DNA of 64,000 nt from Nitrososphaeria archaeon (GTDB lineage Archaea > Thermoproteota > Nitrososphaeria > JACIWG01). The position numbers and the translations under genes were made by a program. The stretch spans positions 1 to 64,000 of the forward strand of contig JBEKIG010000005.1 in assembly GCA_050011875.1 (NCBI GenBank). The letters run 5' to 3'. The notes beneath the pieces are model-generated. The model searched no databases, was not told where the DNA came from, and saw only the letters and a list, made by a program, of their open reading frames with translations. Of this stretch, positions 60,937-64,000 are shown piece after piece. How positions within the stretch are numbered: the stretch's first letter is position 1; every line of letters begins with the position of its first letter.

Positions 60937-63165
60937 ATGAATTCGAGAAGTATACGGAAGGTTCTCATTGCGTCATCAATCTTAATGCTGGTTCTATCTG
61001 TAATCAGTACTGGCATTGCACGTTCAGATTCGACCGACTCCGCCTCGGGTAAACCGATACCTGAGCTGACTTGGACCTCGGGAGAGGAATTTCCCGTAGT
61101 TGATGGACGCACCATATTTCCGACACTAGCACCTCCTGTATCTCTGCCTCCAGAATATATGACCCATTGGTACGCTGGGAGCGTATATCCTTCGGAATTA
61201 CCCACCCAGAACGCGCAAACCGTTAACATGAGTATTAAGATTCCCTATTCTCAGCCTAAATCAGATGAGTTCTATTACGTACTTCTTTCAGCTTGGGATA
61301 GTGCAGGGAGCTACGATCAAATTGGTTTTTCTAACAACTATGGCACTTGGGGGTTAACCTACTCGTGGTCAAGTGGATCGCCAGATAATCCGACCTATCA
61401 TTATTCACCGAACGCGACGGATCTGTCCCTGGGAGTCACGTATACATTCTACATTACCACTGTTAGCGGCGTCACCCACTTCGTAGCCTATCAAAATTCG
61501 ACACAGGTTTGGTCCTTGGACGCACCTACTGGAGGAAACTACCTAGTTTTAACTAACATATATGCGGGATACTATGACTATGCGGATTATGAGGAAGTCT
61601 GGCAGACGTCTATCCCAGGAGGCTCCCCAGCTTTCAACTTCAATTTTATCAACAACTATTGGGTATCAACTGGTGGTGTCGCGAACGCTACGACATGGAG
61701 TGCTTGGTCACTTGCGGCGCCAGGCAATGTAGCTGAGAAAATAAATGGTAACGCTGTACTCATTGATAATCCTAGGGGAACAGTATTGTTTGAGACGAAT
61801 CCCACAAGTTTTGTTGCTTCCCCTGGAACGATCACCTTTAACAACAGCGCTTATTATAATGGCCAGAGTTTGGACTATGCAGATGGCAACTATCAGGCTA
61901 CCGCTAACGCTCCAGCAGACTATAAATTTAGCCATTGGGAGTACAGCGGTTCTTCTGGGAGTGGCGTCTATGTCGCTAACATAAGCAGTAATCCGACGAC
62001 GGTCCAAGTTCAGGGGGACGGTTTCCTCAAAGCTGTATTCTCCATTGGGATAACCATTTCTGATTTCGATTCAATGTTCGCTGCAAACAATGTAAGCATG
62101 ATTTATCCTTCTAACAGTACAACGAAGCCTTTAGGTTGTGGAGCTGCTTCTGTAAGCGACTGGCTGGCATCGATGGCGATTTCGACGAAACTGAAGAATT
62201 ATACAGAAGGGTTGGACACAGAAAGTAAATTCGTGAACCAGAGAACAGGAAGAGCGATCGGTAATCCAGGTACTGGAATCATCAGCTTCGGCGGCCAATA
62301 CGTGAACCCCGTAGTAAAATATGCTGAACTCGATTCAACACCTTTAGCCGATCGGGCGCCAATAAGGTTCTACCGCGACTCGGCTAACGACATATTCCAC
62401 TTCCAATACTGGAATGGCACAAACATCCCCGGAGCAAGCCTACCACACTCTGTCATAAACCGAGGTGAAGATATGTTCGTCATAGAGGTTTACAAAGATG
62501 CAAACAATAGATTCGTAATGTTATGCTATGGCTTTGGCTGGAAAGGCACATACGCTGCGGGAAAATATTTCAACATCATGATATACCCCAACTTAGGCTC
62601 TTACGCTTATGGTTGGATCATCGTTAAATGGAATGACACAAATGGTGATGGGTTCGTCAACAACCCTGGCGACGGTGATACGTATACAATTGTAGCCGCA
62701 GATCCGTCTTCGATGACAACCGTATACTCCGAGGCTGCGTCAAACAAACCTCAGTCAGGCAGCTCCTGGGTGAAGGTAAGCGATCCTTCGTCCTCGTCTG
62801 GTACAGTGATGAAGGCTTCCAAATCGTCCCCAAATGGTGCAATGCTATATGGACCGTACATCAGTACAGAGCAGGGAGGTGGAAGCATGTTGGGCAGACA
62901 GTATACAGCATTCTTCAAACTCAAAGTTACATCCAACCTGACCTCAAGAGAGGTAGCGTACATCGATGTTTGTTGCAACAATGGTACAACTGTCCTCGCT
63001 TCGGCTCGGGTTAAAGCTGACGATCTTACCTCCAATGTATGGCAGTGTTATCAGCTGAACTTCGTAGTGCCCAACAGTATGATCAATGGTCTCGAATTTC
63101 GTGTTCAGAACTTTAATTACGGCGTCACAGATGTTTACATCGACCAGATACAGATCAAAAGATAG
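60937..63165 (+). CDS. Modular secreted protein: lectin-fold/glutamic-peptidase-like N-terminus, S-layer-like domain, carbohydrate-binding C-terminus
   Basis: HWYAG..YDQIGF..YEEVW; shared domain with 37847-39982; LEFRV...DVYIDQI. Confidence 0.75.
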   Translation: MNSRSIRKVLIASSILMLVLSVISTGIARSDSTDSASGKPIPELTWTSGEEFPVVDGRTIFPTLAPPVSLPPEYMTHWYAGSVYPSELPTQNAQTVNMSIKIPYSQPKSDEFYYVLLSAWDSAGSYDQIGFSNNYGTWGLTYSWSSGSPDNPTYHYSPNATDLSLGVTYTFYITTVSGVTHFVAYQNSTQVWSLDAPTGGNYLVLTNIYAGYYDYADYEEVWQTSIPGGSPAFNFNFINNYWVSTGGVANATTWSAWSLAAPGNVAEKINGNAVLIDNPRGTVLFETNPTSFVASPGTITFNNSAYYNGQSLDYADGNYQATANAPADYKFSHWEYSGSSGSGVYVANISSNPTTVQVQGDGFLKAVFSIGITISDFDSMFAANNVSMIYPSNSTTKPLGCGAASVSDWLASMAISTKLKNYTEGLDTESKFVNQRTGRAIGNPGTGIISFGGQYVNPVVKYAELDSTPLADRAPIRFYRDSANDIFHFQYWNGTNIPGASLPHSVINRGEDMFVIEVYKDANNRFVMLCYGFGWKGTYAAGKYFNIMIYPNLGSYAYGWIIVKWNDTNGDGFVNNPGDGDTYTIVAADPSSMTTVYSEAASNKPQSGSSWVKVSDPSSSSGTVMKASKSSPNGAMLYGPYISTEQGGGSMLGRQYTAFFKLKVTSNLTSREVAYIDVCCNNGTTVLASARVKADDLTSNVWQCYQLNFVVPNSMINGLEFRVQNFNYGVTDVYIDQIQIKR

Positions 63166-63485
63166 TACGGCATTTCTTACACACTTAACTCTTTATTATC
63201 TATAGCGTTAAAAAAACAGGAGAAATCAAAACTAAACTTGTATTATTACTCAGGCTTATAGGGATTTATACCTAAGTGTGATTTAAGTCCTCAATATAGC
63301 AAAGCTGAAGAAATCTATAAGAAAAAAGTGGAAAAATACAGCTTCACTATTGACTCGCTGTAACTTTTCAGCAGCGTCAGGAATTTTGTTTTCTTGCCAA
63401 AATAGTCTCTCTTCAGTTCGGATTCTTCTCTTATATTAAGCAACCAAAGAATCGAGCTAAGTACGGTGTTCTCTTCGCCATTCTT

Positions 63486-64000
63486 TTACTTGTTCTCTAT
63501 GTGTTTGGTAGTATGATGTTCTTTTCGCCACACGTAAAAAGATATTATGATGCCTACTACTGTTATTATCGATCCTATGGCCATCATAGGATATATCAGA
63601 GGGTTAACATTCCAGCCGTACCATTCTTCAATGATATTAACATCCGCAGTCGTATTAACCGGTATCACGTTGTATATAACTAGATCATACTGGCCGCTTT
63701 GATTGATGTTTTTGACAAAGAAGGAGGTTGTGTTTCCAATACCGTACGCATGAAAAAAGAGGTAGTTAGGGCTCTGGTTGTTTTCTATCAAAGTCATATT
63801 AGAATTGTCAACCATTATTATGTCAAGAAAAAGGGGGTTTACCGTAGTGTTATAGACAATGGGAAGACTAAGATAAACCTCAAGTGTATGTGAAGGCGTC
63901 CAGTTATCTAATGTAAAACCAAGCACCGAACCTCCTTCGCTGTTAATTTCGGTGGACAGCCGGTAAAGCACCCTTCCATCCTTGCCATAGGCTAATGTAG
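63486..64000 (-). CDS. C-terminal part of a membrane-anchored surface protein (start outside window)
   Basis: Frame open to the window edge; SGQYDLVIYN; TM + basic tail. Confidence 0.65.
   Translation of the reverse strand, partial: TLAYGKDGRVLYRLSTEINSEGGSVLGFTLDNWTPSHTLEVYLSLPIVYNTTVNPLFLDIIMVDNSNMTLIENNQSPNYLFFHAYGIGNTTSFFVKNINQSGQYDLVIYNVIPVNTTADVNIIEEWYGWNVNPLIYPMMAIGSIITVVGIIISFYVWRKEHHTTKHIENK

Noticed and set aside
1-64000. Genome-wide TAG recoding
   Set aside because: Several full-length genes (hicA, APC permease, PfkB kinase, AKR) end at TAG at plausible C-termini

Overview
Archaeal DNA, judged from TATA/BRE-type promoters, AbrB-VapC pairs and a TACK-type S-layer gene; a Bathyarchaeia-like Thermoproteota source is my inference. 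It is an accessory, heavily eroded island rather than core genome. It contains: (i) a dense toxin-antitoxin cluster at 0.6-5.4 kb, with a decayed echo at 46.7-47.3 kb; (ii) two families of HTH + coiled-coil (+/- Cys4 Zn) genes (9-515, 9359-9925, 42462-44823). Where upstream DNA is visible, it holds non-coding short-motif arrays, most strikingly a ~470-bp helically phased TTACG array plus a 10-bp CAGCCATCAT array, and a gene-less element at 3.3-3.6 kb joins upstream motifs of both families; (iii) three PQQ-type beta-propeller surface-protein genes built from 120-bp units with hypervariable codons; (iv) an S-layer gene and two modular proteins sharing an S-layer-like C-terminal domain; (v) a GT2/WecB/NDP-sugar-dehydrogenase polysaccharide operon, an APC permease-metallophosphoesterase-nucleotidyltransferase module, and a PfkB/divergent enolase/AKR region; (vi) many gene fragments. 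I saw no rRNA, tRNA, CRISPR array, integrase or reverse transcriptase. The best candidate for an undescribed system is the motif-array + HTH-coiled-coil module, possibly an NTPase-less partition or origin unit. All protein calls come from motifs read by eye; no database search was run.
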